Positions 38,675 through 51,577 of a stretch of DNA of 57,584 nt are shown in pieces. The stretch spans positions 45,549,957 through 45,607,540 of the forward strand of contig NC_069000.1 in NCBI RefSeq assembly GCF_001194135.2, given 5' to 3'. The notes under the pieces are model-generated. The model was given only the letters and a program-made list of their open reading frames with translations. It was not told where the DNA came from and ran no database searches. The stretch's first letter is position 1; every line of letters starts with the position of its first letter. The stretch is from Octopus bimaculoides. Taxonomy: Eukaryota. The position numbers were made by a program, and so were the translations under genes.

Positions 38675-39895
38675 CAACACGGTTGTATAAAGGAGGGGTT
38701 ACTTTAAAAATATGCGCAATAGAAACGAACTATGTCAGTTAATAAAAATGTGAAGCCCATTTTAGATAGACGCCCTGTGAGAGTGTCTGTATATGTTGGC
38801 TGTCCAGTGATGACTGAGGGAGATCATCACTATTTCCCATGCAAAATGTCAGCAAGGCATTAGATTATTCCACCCGCGGTCGGGTTCACTCGGGGCTTGT
38901 GTCCCCGGCTTCCATGTTCGCCGTGGTGCCGTCCTGCTGGACCCAGTATTGGAAAGTTGCTTCGGTGGCAATCACGCAACCTGGTATTTTGGCGCCAACG
39001 AGGCTTACACAACACTGCACAGACACTACCCGTCCTATTGACATGATCCAGAGACAAGCCAGGGCAATATATTCACTGCCCCTATATGACTTACCAAACA
39101 AAACACCTGTTCTCTGCTACTACCCGTATTATCGTATTATGAGATATTACATGAAACTGAGTTTGTAGTTTGTCATTTCTCTCTCTGTACATCACACACC
39201 CCTAAGCTCATCCCACCACACCCCAACACACTCCTACTCTACCTTCCCACTCCACCCCATCCAATTCCTTACACCCACCACCCACCCCCTACCNNNNNNN
39301 NNNNNNNNNNNNNNNNNNNNNNNNNNNNNNNNNNNNNNNNNNNNNNNNNNNNNNNNNNNNNNNNNNNNNNNNNNNNNNNNNNNNNNNNNNNNNNNNNNNN
39401 NNNNNNNNNNNNNNNNNNNNNNNNNNNNNNNNNNNNNNNNNNNNNNNNNNNNNNNNNNNNNNNNNNNNNNNNNNNNNNNNNNNNNNNNNNNNNNNNNNNN
39501 NNNNNNNNNNNNNNNNNNNNNNNNNNNNNNNNNNNNNNNNNNNNNNNNNNNNNNNNNNNNNNNNNNNNNNNNNNNNNNNNNNNNNNNNNNNNNNNNNNNN
39601 NNNNNNNNNNNNNNNNNNNNNNNNNNNNNNNNNNNNNNNNNNNNNNNNNNNNNNNNNNNNNNNNNNNNNNNNNNNNNNNNNNNNNNNNNNNNNNNNNNNN
39701 NNNNNNNNNNNNNNNNNNNNNNNNNNNNNNNNNNNNNNNNNNNNNNNNNNNNNNNNNNNNNNNNNNNNNNNNNNNNNNNNNNNNNNNNNNNNNNNNNNNN
39801 NNNNNNNNNNNNNNNNNNNNNNNNNNNNNNNNNNNNNNNNNNNNNNNNNNNNNNNNNNNNNNNNNNNNNNNNNNNNNNNNNNNNNNNNNNNNNNN

Positions 39896-39961
<66 letters not shown>

Positions 39962-39962
39962 T

Positions 39963-40300
39963 CGTGGCACTTCGTCGGTTACGACGACGAAGGTTCCAGT
40001 TGATTCAATCAACCAAACAGCCTGCTCGTGAAATTAACGTGCAAGTCGCTGAGCGTAGTTCCACAGATACGTAGTTCTTGGGGGATATTCAGCGTGACAC
40101 AGAGGGTGACAAGGCTGGCCCCTTTGAAATACAGGTACAAGTGAAACAGAAAGAAAGAGTGAGAGAAGGTCGTGGTGAAAGAATACAGTAGGGTTCGCCA
40201 CCACCCTCCTATCCGGAGCCTCGTGGAAATTTAGGTATTTTCACTCAATAAACACTCACAACACCCGGTCTGGGAATCGAAACCGTGACCTTATGACCGC
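39963..40300 (-). mobile_element. SINE family A
   Basis: Collinear with 38295-38674. Confidence 0.8.
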
Positions 40301-40333
40301 AACAACAACAACAACAACAACTACTACTACTAC

Positions 40334-40365
<32 letters not shown>

Positions 40366-40662
40366 ATACTACTACTACTACTGGCGCTGCTACTAACTAC
40401 TTCAACCGTTAATCCTCTACATCACGAAACACCGATACAAACTACCGTGTAATTCTGTACACCACCACACAAGACAAGGGCAACACTACATCCCACTCGG
40501 TACCGTTACACTCCAGTGCACACTCCAGTACACCACATCGTGTCACCGCACACTAATACAGGCATCACTCCACACCACATTGTATCCCTGTGCACTACAA
40601 CGCGCAACGGCACACTCTCATTTCTCTACTTCACAGCAATCCACACCGACAAACACCTTTAA

Positions 40663-40836
40663 TACAGTTCCATATTTAAGAGATGAGGAATTGTGTACAT
40701 TATTTACATTTGACGGATATTTGTCCTCATCTTGTTTGTTGTTAACACAACGTTTCGGCTGATATACCCTCCAGCCTTCATCAGGTGTCTTGGGGAAATT
40801 TCGAACCTGGGTTCTCATTCCTAAGATATTTTTCGA

Positions 40837-40904
<68 letters not shown>

Positions 40905-40968
40905 TCACTGCCTGGAATCGAACTCGGAATCTTGGGATTAGTAGCCCGCGCTCTTAACCACTACGCCA
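40663..40968 (-). mobile_element. tRNA-headed SINE-like element: Pol III head + (AAT)n + hammerhead-containing tail
   Basis: A box TGGCGTAGTGG (40968-40958), B box GAGTTCGATTCC (40925-40914), (AAT)n at 40900-40838, and the tail shared with 34341-34476. An inverted tail copy lies at 40973-41014. Confidence 0.8.
40744..40789 (-). ncRNA. candidate minimal type I hammerhead ribozyme
   Basis: gacac-CTGATGA-a-ggctg(gagggtatat)cagcc-GAAA-cg-TT-gtgtt. Differs from the other copy only in loop II. Confidence 0.6.
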
Positions 40969-42454
40969 AACTAGATGAGGACAAATATCCGTCAAATGTA
41001 AAAAATGTAAATAAACACTTTTAAGTGTCCCCTCCACCAGCAAAAATAACCTGCAATCTTTCAGTAATTAAAACATCAATTGACTTACTTGCAATAGAAT
41101 TTAAGATAATCGACTAATTTGTCTCCATAAAGATTCCTGCCGCTCCAAATGGCCACGTCAGCTCTGACGAGGCTCGAAAAAAGACAAGTTCGGTAACGCT
41201 TCGCGCATGTCTGACTTCCGATTTTGAATGAAATCGAACTGCCTGAAATGATAAGGAAATATATACGTTTATTTTACATATTTACAAAGTCATTAGATTT
41301 GTCTTCAAATTCAGTGCAATCACGCGCACAGCACACACACGCACACACACACGCATGTACACACACATATGCACACATGCGCGCACACGCACACACAATT
41401 TATTTGAAGTGGATATTTATCCTGTGACTAGAGTTTTATGCTGCCGCAATCTTCAGGCAAGAACTGTCAGCAATTAGTGTAGTTGTAAATTTTAGCCTAA
41501 GTATAGGTCTTTAGTGTCAATCGATTAGATTATTTTGTTTGATTTGTTTTAGCATCGACAGTTTGGTAGCTACTTTTGCATCTCTTCAATGGTTATCTTT
41601 TCTCTCTACTGATTGGTATCTTATTTTGATTGTCGTTGAATTTGTCTGTTAGGATCGTATGTAGGTATCTGCAGTTTGTTTTGCTGTTTTCATTTCTACT
41701 GAGTTTATTGGGAGGACCTTCACAAGTTTTACAGATAAATTCAGTGGCAAAGGTACACAAGAGAGAAAGAGAGAGAGAGAGAGAGAGAGGAGGAGGGGGG
41801 AGAGAGAGGAAGAGGAAGAAAAAGAGAGAAGTCCTTTACAAGTAAACAACCTTAAAACGTTCAGAATAAATTTCAACAAACAAATAACATAACCGAATAA
41901 ATACAAACTGTGTCTGTCTATCTCGTCCACATTCAGTACCAACAACAGATACCGTCTTTCTCTGTCTCTCCCACTCTCTCTCTCGCTCTATCTCTCTCTC
42001 TCTCTCACACACAAGTATTCACGGCAAAACAGCAAAATACATTAAAGATATATAAAAGCAAGATTGCCACAAAGTACTAAAAGAACACAACAACTATTAT
42101 GTCTATCATTTAAAAAGTAAAGGCATTTGTGAGTCCCCTAAGTTTATTAACAACATTTGTCATAAGTAAATTTATGTCGATCGAACATGAAAGTATTTTA
42201 AGGGCTACAACTTTCAGAAAAAACCCCAGAAGAAACCAAATATCCAGCGTTTGTCTGTAAATAAGGGACAAATCAGCCGTGACTTAGTTAAATCAAGTGC
42301 TCTTTATTTTATACCAGTGGTTCCCAAAGTGGGCAGTATTTCGCCACTGGGGGTCCGTAGAAAGTTCCAAGGGAGCGTTGAAGAAAAATGAGAGATAAAG
42401 GGGTGGCGATTCATGTAAAACCAACAAAATAATGGGTTCGTTACTCTTTCTCTC

Positions 42455-42910
42455 TCTTTTACTTGTTTCAGCGATTTGACTGCGGCCATGCTGAAGCACC
42501 GCCTTTAGTCGAGCAAATCGACCCCAGGACTTATTCTTTGGAAGCCTAATACTTATTCTATCGGTTTCTTTTGCCGNNNNNNNNNNCCAGGACTTATTCT
42601 TTGGAAGCCTAATACTTATTCTATCGGTTTCTTTTGCCGAACCGCTAGGTTACGGGGACGTAAACACACCAGCATCGGTTGTCGAGCGATATTGGGGGAC
42701 AAACAGACACACAAACATACACACATAAATATATTTGCATATATACGACGGGCTTCTTTCAATTTCCGTCAACTAAATCCACTCACAAGGTTTTGGTCGG
42801 CCTGAGGCTATAGTAGATGACACTTGCCCAAGGTGCCACGCAGTGGGACTGAACCTGGAACCATGTCATTGGTAAGCAAGCTACTTACCACACAGCCATT
42901 CCTACGCCTC
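42455..42910 (-). mobile_element. SINE family C, full length
   Basis: Collinear with 15670-16103. Contains a ~50 nt duplication across a 10-N gap. Confidence 0.85.
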
Positions 42911-43537
42911 AAATTTTATTTGTGAAGTACAGTTGCGTCAGAAAGAGGTCTATGTTTGTGATGGTTAGTTGGGGTGGGGGCACTAGGAACGTGGCCTGGG
43001 TGTCAAGGGATCCACTGTTTTGTACAAACTTTTTAAAGTTTTGGCAAAAAATGAAATGATTGATGAAAAGATTTAACGAAGCTATTCAAAGCACCGAAGA
43101 CACAGGAAAATGTGTCTGTGTCATGTGAAGACGTTAGATAAATATTTACATATATAGGATGTATATACGAGGCTAATAAATTCCTCAGTGTTTTTGGGGT
43201 TTATTGTTAATGCTCTGAGATTGTCGGGTTATTGGTCACAAGGGAAGAGTTTTATAAGAATTTATTTTATATTTCTCACATTACCAAATCTATAGGTGGA
43301 GCCACTGAATTGCACCAAAGTGAAGGAAATTACCTCATTAAGTCAATGTATCATTTTACAACGCGCACGCGCGCACACAAAAGACGCACACATAGATACA
43401 CACACACATAGATACACACACACATATATACACGTACGTAGATGCATATATATGCACATGCGCGCATGTTGATACATATGTATTGTGTATGCATACATAT
43501 GAATATACACACAAGCACATATATACACTTATATTAA

Positions 43538-43589
<52 letters not shown>

Positions 43590-43592
43590 AAC

Positions 43593-43633
<41 letters not shown>

Positions 43634-43667
43634 TAGAATTTCATTATTCATCAAAAATATATTACTG

Positions 43668-43715
<48 letters not shown>

Positions 43716-44399
43716 TCATGTACACATACACACACACGTACACACACACGTACACACACACATACACATAATTTCCTTTTTCATCAAAAATGCTAATCTT
43801 ATCTTTTTATTACTACCAATATTACCGCTTATTTATGAAGTCGTTGCTGCTGGTAATAATCAAATAAATAGATCGATATCTGGACAAATCAATAGCCTAG
43901 TTGTCGAGGGACAGTTATATACAAAAGAAGATAATATAAATATGTTGATCTGTCTTCTAGATTGGAGATATTTTCGAAAACTGAACTAATTAATTCTTGT
44001 TGATAACTTCACCTTCAGCTTTCCATATTTTTACAAGACTCAGTTCAATGGCTTCCTTCTATGCGGTTGGTAAGATATTTAAATTTAAATGGAGAGCGGA
44101 TGAAAATACGAGGGAATGGAGAAAATGAAACTAAAATGAGTACCTCAAGGAGGATTGAACCAGCATCCCCAAGTTGATGGTTGATGCACTGGTATGTTTT
44201 TCTCCACTGGAGGCTCTGTCTATACATCTAACAAATATTTCCACAGCATGTCTACCTCTTCAATCAATAACTACAGTGTTCGGTCTGTTCACGACGGCTG
44301 TCCATCCATCCAGTAAAAATCGACACGCTGTCTCTGTATTTAGTCAGTATCTATACACTTTTATCTATCAATTAAACAGCTGTATATTGTGACTACCCG

Positions 44400-44448
44400 T
44401 GTAGTCAAAATCTACATGCTGTCTGTGTATCGAATCAGTGTCTATATA

Positions 44449-44491
<43 letters not shown>

Positions 44492-45640
44492 GAGTTCACA
44501 GTTATATATTGTGTCAAGCCATCCTACACACACTGCTTGTGTATCTAGCCAGCATCCGCACTCTATATCCCTCTAATCAGCAGCTATATATATATATTGT
44601 GTCAGTCTGTCTAGTCAATATCTACACACTGTCTCTATGTATACAGACAGCACCATCATGCTCTATCTATCTGGTTTGCAGCTATATATTGTGTCAAGTC
44701 AACCTACGCACTTGTCTGCTTCTCCTCTTAATATTTGCGCGATGTATTTATCTATCCATTCAGCATCTTGACATGGCTTCCATCTATCTAGTGAAAACTA
44801 ACGAAATCTCTGTTGCCCAGTCAATATCTACACACTGTCTGACTATACAGCTAACAATTAGACATATAACCACTGGGTCCATCCATCTACTGGACACTGT
44901 ATATGCGCAATTAACACACACACACACACATTATCTACGCACTGTCCATTCTGTCACTGTGTCCGTCCAGTAAACATCTACATACTGAGTCTACACACTC
45001 AACGACTAAACGCTGTCCTTATCTTTACAACATCTACACCGTGTCTGCCTAGACAATGTCTATACTTCATGTCTTTCTATTCAGCATTGACATATTCTTT
45101 TCTACTCTAGGCACAAGGCCCGAAATTTTGGGGGAGGGAGCTCGTCGATAAGATCGACCTCATTACGCAACTGGTACCTAATTTATCGACGCCGAAAGGA
45201 TGAAAGGCATAGTCGACCTCGGCGGAATTTGAACTCAGGACGTAAAGACAGACGAAATACCGCTAAGCATTTCACCTGGCGTGCAAACGTTTCTGCCAGT
45301 TCGCCTCAGTTAGACATCTACTCTGCGTCTATCTAGTCAACAGCGGTCCACTACATCAATGCAGTGATTATCTCTACTGTGCGTCTGCCTCGTAGACAAT
45401 TTCGACACAGTGTATATATCTACATCAACGTCTATATGCTGTGCTTTACTTCACAACATCTACACACTGTACCTATCTAGATATCTATGCTATGCGACCA
45501 TCAAGTCAACATCACGCGCTATATCTACCGAGATGGCATCAACGCACTGTCTATCCATCTACTCACTGTGTCTATCTAGATGTCTACACGATGTCTACCT
45601 AGACAACATCCACAAGACTGTCTCTATCTAATTTGCTTAT
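44400..45640. repeat. degenerate minisatellite (catctacacactgtc / tctatctag units) interrupted by a SINE
   Basis: Motifs recur on both sides of the SINE B at 45107-45305. Confidence 0.55.
45107..45305 (-). mobile_element. SINE family B
   Basis: Close match to 48714-48915. Confidence 0.8.
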
Positions 45641-46476
45641 TTATCATTTATCAATTCCCTCATTTATCAATTTATTCATGTGTGTAGAATATTTCAGCGT
45701 CACGCTCATATTACGCTTCAGCCATTATCAATTAGCGTCAAACAAACTGTGCTGTGAGCCTCTCTACTTCTACATCACCACCACATTCCCTACCATCACC
45801 ACCACTACCACCACCATCAACCCTTATCACAACTTCTACTCTCACTTCTACCACAATTTCTACCACCACCTCTACCTCTATTCAAATCTTCTACAGGCCA
45901 CCATTACTGGACGTTAATGGACAATGCAGTCTGCTGTTGTCACCACACCTTCCTCTTCATTTTTGTTAATCAGAATCCTTTTAGTTTGTTAAGCAAAAAC
46001 AAACGAAAACACAAACAAGAACGTTAACAATAAGAGCAATAACAACACCAGTAACAACAATCACAACAGAGATCAGGAGATGCGATAAACTGAAACGAAA
46101 TGGAATGGAAAGCTGCTGTGCAATGAGTTCAAATAAGGTGAATCGCTGTTGAATGGATGAATTCATTGTTGCAGACGACAGTGAAACTATTCTGCCATTG
46201 TCTTATTTAATGGCGATACTTTTATTGATGTTAGTAAAGTGCAGCCCGTTTGTAGTTCACTTTACCTACAGCACGAAACTCCCTTGTTAGTATTGTTGTT
46301 GCTGTATTACTGTTGCTAGCAGTTGATATCAGTCTTTCTTTGTAGTTGTCCCCGTTGCTGTTGTTGTTGTTGCTGTTGGTGGTAGTGTTGTCGTAAGTTA
46401 GTTCTGCTGTTCTATCGTGGTTGGCGTTGTTAATGCTGTTGTTATCTATAACACTGTTATTACTAGTGTTGTTGTC

Positions 46477-46640
46477 GAGCTGGCAGGATCATTAGCACGC
46501 CGGACAAAGTGCTTAGCAGCATTTCATCCGACTCATTAAGTTCTGAGTTCAAATTCTACCGGAATCGACTTTGCCTTCTATCTTTTGGAGGGCGATAAAA
46601 TAAGTACCAGTTGAACACTGGGGTCGATGTAATCGACTGC
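46477..46640 (+). mobile_element. SINE family B
   Basis: gagctggcaggatcattagcacgccgg...gagttcaaattc...ggggtcgatgtaatcgact. Confidence 0.75.
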
Positions 46641-47419
46641 CTTCCATCCAGAAAAGAGAAAACAGCCCCGGGGACGACTTCTTCGCCAAAACCACTTCAA
46701 GGTGATGCTCCAGCATGGTGTCAGTCGAGTAAAAAATAAAAAGACGAAAGATAAACATTAAAAAGACTTAATCTGAGGATGATGGTTGGTCCTTCATCTG
46801 CGCATGTCTGCACAGGCCCCAGGATAAGACTTCCGTCTATGTGTGGAAGACTCCTCTTTCTATGATTACCGATGTTTACTGGAAGGAAAATCTGCCGACT
46901 TGGAGCCAACATAGCTTCACCCCACTGTTTTCACAGACATTTCTGTCAGAACAGAAGGGACCAACACAAACACCGCAAGGTATCTTTCCTGATCTTCTAA
47001 TAGTTCTGCCAATCCATCGCTGTGGATTGGAAAATTTTTTATCGACCCCGAACGAACAAACGGCAGAGCTGACTTCAGCTGGATTTGAACTTACAATGCA
47101 GAGAATCAGAACAAAGAACCGTAGGCTATTTTCTCCAACCTCCTTACGACCTTGCTTACTCATCCTCTCCTCTTCTACACCAAATCTCGATAAATGCCTG
47201 GAAGCGTGATCCGTACTGATTTACCTTGCTAAGTTATCATAAATTACAACGTCATATGAATATATTATAAGCTCATGAATATGTAAATTAGTTTGGTAGC
47301 ATTGACCAATGAACGAGTAATAGGATGTGAGTGTGTGAAAGAATCAAACTTTCAAAGTTCTATTGTATGTCGAAATAGGCATTCTTGTGGTGTTTTATCC
47401 TTGAAAATATCCCCTCGAA

Positions 47420-47451
<32 letters not shown>

Positions 47452-48713
47452 TTGTGTATATGTGTGTGTGTGCGTGTTAGTGCGTAGATGTATGCGTGTG
47501 GGCGCGTGTGTGTATTACGGTATGTTTTAGTGAATATGCAATAAAGCGAAATTGGGTTGTGTTCTTCTGATGCCTTGGGTATAATAAATCCCGGTTAAAT
47601 AAACAGATGAACTGTTTAGCATGAAAGACTAGAGGTCTCTGGCGGTTTCCTCCCCCCTCTCTCTCTATCTCTCTCTCACTCTCTCTCCGTGCGTGTGTAG
47701 ATGCGTATATGCGTATGTGTATATGTAGATGTGTATGGATGTGCTTCTGTGTGTGTGTGTGTTTGTGTGTATGGGGCAGAGAGTGACAATGTTTGATGGT
47801 GTGTGTGTGTGTGTGTGTATGTGCCTATGCATCACCACGTATGTATGTGTGTGTGTGTATGCGTGCGTGATTATCTGTGATCGTGTCTATATGTATGCGT
47901 GTGTTTGTGCACGACCACCATTGTATGTGTGTGAGAAAGTGATTGTGTATAATTGTGTTTATGTAAGTGGACGATTATGGACGACCGTGTGTGAGTATTG
48001 ATTGTGTTTATTTGCAAAGGAAAGAGAGAGCGAGAGGGGGGGGAATTAGGAAAAGGAAAGAGAGAGAGAGGGGGGAGGGAATTAGGAAAAAGAAAGAGAG
48101 AGAGAGGGGGGAGGAAATTAGGAAAAAGAAAGAGAGAGAGAGGGGGGGGGGAGAGAATTAGGAAAAAGAAAGAGGGAGAGAGTGTGTGTGTGTGGTTTGT
48201 TGGGAGGTACCGGCGACAAGATGACAAGAGACCGAGAACATTATAAATGACCATCCATTATGAATCATGCTGACAATTGAAACGACGACGACGACGATTA
48301 TGATGATGATAATCATCATCGTCATCATCATCATCGTCATCATCATCATCGTCGTCATCATCATCGTCGTCGGCGTCATCGTCGTCGTCATGACAAATTC
48401 GAAAGTAAAATGCAAAGTTTCACTTTTGGGACTATTGAAAAGTTTTTAACTTGAATACTAAAGTTGCTGCTAAAAATAGCATCAACAACAACAAGAAGAC
48501 AACCACCAAATAATAAAACAATAACAAAAACACCTCTAATAACAAAAACAGCAACAACAGGGAAATTTTGAACGACACAAACAATGGTGATGATGAAAGT
48601 GGCGATAATAGTGAACAACAACAACAACAAGCCCCACGACAATAATAAAAAATAGTAAGGGCAATAGGAACAACTATAATATTGATAATAATAATAATAA
48701 TAACAATCTTTTC

Positions 48714-48914
48714 TATTCTAGGCACAAGGTCCGAAATTTTGGGGGAGGAGGCCAACCGATTATATCGATCCCAGTACGCTACTGGTACTTAATTTATCGA
48801 CCTCGAAAGGATGAAAGGAAAAAGTCGACCTCGGCGGAATTTGAACTCAGAACGTAAAGACAGACGAAATACCGTTAAGCAATTCGTGCTAACGTTTCTG
48901 CCAGCTCACCGCCT

Positions 48915-48915
<1 letters not shown>
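48714..48915 (-). mobile_element. SINE family B
   Basis: Close match to 45107-45305. Confidence 0.8.
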
Positions 48916-48956
<41 letters not shown>

Positions 48957-49582
48957 GCAGCAGCAGCAGCAGCAACAACAGCAGCAGCAAAATCATCCCC
49001 GAAATAAAAGCAGTAAAGAATAACAATAATAATGTTAACAATTTGGATAACGACGACAACAGCAGCAACAACAACATGTCTAATTCATAATAGTGCAGAA
49101 GGAGAAAGCTGTTAGTCATCAGGAATCTTACGAAAAATGTCGTGGGAAGACGCAGTTATAGTTTGTAGGTCATGTTTATAACTGAACTCCAGTGAATATA
49201 TTGTCGGTAAATAGTTTCACTCTGACTGGCATTAGGTTGTCACCATGCTGGAGCAATACATTTTATGTCGTGTTTTTTTTTTTTTTTTTTGTAAATTATC
49301 AATTGAATTATACTATTAGAACTTTGGTATATATTTTATGGTTCTTGTAAGATGAAAAGGAAAAGTACATAGAGTTAAGCAAAGTAGTTACAACACTGAA
49401 AAGCAATGTTCGTTGCCACTTCAACATGGCTGTTTCATACGGAACTACGTTACTTCCATTTTTTTTAAAACCCCAGGAGGATATCTCTTCCAGCTGGTTA
49501 ACGAAACGACTCGTGTCCGATATATTACAAGCAGGGGAGCGAAACTCTACCATCCAGCGACGACAAGACCATTATACCAGTT

Positions 49583-49830
49583 TGGTTTCAGGGTGTTTCC
49601 CTTCGTCAGTACCGGACACTTGTCTGCTGTTGAAGTGGCAATAAACATCGCTCTTCAGAATTGTTCCTCCTACATCTTTTGTGGGGATTTTAAAACCAGC
49701 TATTTTTGTTTGTTGCAAAATCAGCCGCTGAATGTCGCTTGTTTTTCTACATGTTGTGAGTTAGGATGAACGACTGCCATGTCTAGCAGACAGGTGTCCA
49801 GTACCGACGAAGGGAAATATCCTGAAACCA
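49583..49830. repeat. inverted repeat, ~55 nt arms (49583-49640 / 49775-49830)
   Basis: tggtttcagggtgtttcccttcgtcagtaccggacacttgtctgct versus the reverse complement tggtttcaggatatttcccttcgtcggtactggacacctgtctgct. Confidence 0.8.
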
Positions 49831-51395
49831 TATAAATATGGAGTTTTTCCTGTTTCGTCCACTGCAACAATTTCGCTTTGGGAAACTTCACATTCCACCC
49901 AAAAACATCCACCTGTTACATTTTCACTCAATCCAGGATGGACAACGGAACTCCAAAAACCGATTGGACGGATTACAATAGTCGTGCAATGTCCGGAGGA
50001 CCTTTAGAGCGTTTTCTAAATTTTTCTATCTGTTGCATTTCTTTTGCTCCAAAAAAGAAATTTCGGATTCTGGAAGTTTTCGTATATCTGTGTTCCGGAA
50101 AAAAAGATTATCAACCGTATAAGGAAGAATTGAATTAATTACGTCTTTTAGTTCAGCCACGAGCTTTATATGGCGTTGCCTTATTTCAGAAAAATACAGT
50201 GTAATTAATTAGGGGCGGTTCAAAGACATTAAGACCTAGAAGACTTCTCTCTTTTACTATCTGGGGTATCATGAGTGAGGGATAATGAACCAGTAAAATT
50301 AATCTATGAAGTACACACATGTTAATTAGTCTGAGATTTTATCAAATTAATCTCTTGAATTGGTAATACATAATAAAGTAAAATAGTTAAGATTGTCAAA
50401 CATAAGCGTTAAAGTAAATTTAATTAAATTAATTAAATTTGTATACACAAATTCAAGATAGAAAAGAACCGCACTCGAGACTCTAAACACGTGTTTGTCA
50501 TCTTCCGAAAGCGATAGTATGCCTGATTGTACGAAACCAACCAGACACAGTCGTTCTCATTGTGTCTATGCAGTGTCCGCACTCGTGGTCATTGGGTAGC
50601 TATAACAGAGTCCACTTAGTCGAAGCATTTGTGTCAACTCGCCAGTGTAAGGACAACTTTCTCCTATCAAACATGGCGGCCATAAAATGAATTCTAGTTC
50701 CAATATATCATAGTTAACGTCTCTTTAAGTAGTAAAAACATCATCGATTTTCATCCCTTCACGAGACGCGTCACCAATAATTAAAGACAATCCATTTAAA
50801 CATCTATGAGGATGTCATATGGGATACATCATTCAAGGGTGTTGCTTCACGCGATTTCTTTACTGCGTGTTCGAACCTGGCTTGCGACCGTTGTTCTTTG
50901 CCAACGTCGCTAACGCCTTAGAGCAACGCCTGATTGTCACACAACCTCATGGCTAGTCTTCTTTATGAACCTTAAGACTTCAGCCAATATCAGGATTCAA
51001 TATTATTGTCGTTTACTTCATCAAACTAAAAAAGACGGCCGCCGACAAAATAGCAAGTTGCATTAGAGAGCTATTGGTAGTTGTTGCTGCGTGCACACAC
51101 ACACACAAACACACACACGCACACACAAACATATACAGATACACGTGCACACAGATATGCGATATGCAAAAATATACAAAGTAGACGTATTACGAAATAT
51201 TGTTGAAAATGCACTTGGAGTCTTTAAGAACATTTAATTACATTAACTCAACAGGTTACGCAATTACACGATTGTTAAAAGTAGTTGAAGATGGAGAGGG
51301 GAGACATGGAGCCATGCAATGACTACATGAGTTAGTGTATGTAAATATACATGTACATGAAACATAAATCTACCTTTATCTCAGATGTCTCTTAC

Positions 51396-51522
51396 AAAAA
51401 CGAATGAGTTATTTGAACATCTAAGATTTGCTGGTTGCAGAGGCATATATNNNNNNNNNNNNNNNNNNNNNNNNNNNNNNNNNNNNNNNNNNNNNNNNNN
51501 NNNNNNNNNNNNNNNNNNNNNN

Positions 51523-51577
<55 letters not shown>

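Noticed and set aside
38839-39168. GC-rich block with ORFs on both strands, including WVQQDG
   Set aside because: The other transposase motifs do not follow and no splice-consistent model was found.
41164-41200. CTGACGA-ggctc-GAAA hammerhead-like core
   Set aside because: Helices I and III cannot be formed convincingly.
46770-46980. Open plus-strand frame DDGWSFICACLHRPQ...TPQ ending at a GT donor
   Set aside because: No good acceptor, no compatible neighbouring exons and no recognisable domain.
44140-49200. Several possible minus-strand exons (about 44140-44205, 47225-47271, 48210-48270, 49130-49180) as continuation of the 52.5 kb gene
   Set aside because: Multiple mutually incompatible phase choices and no similarity to the first secreted protein, so a model cannot be chosen without RNA data.
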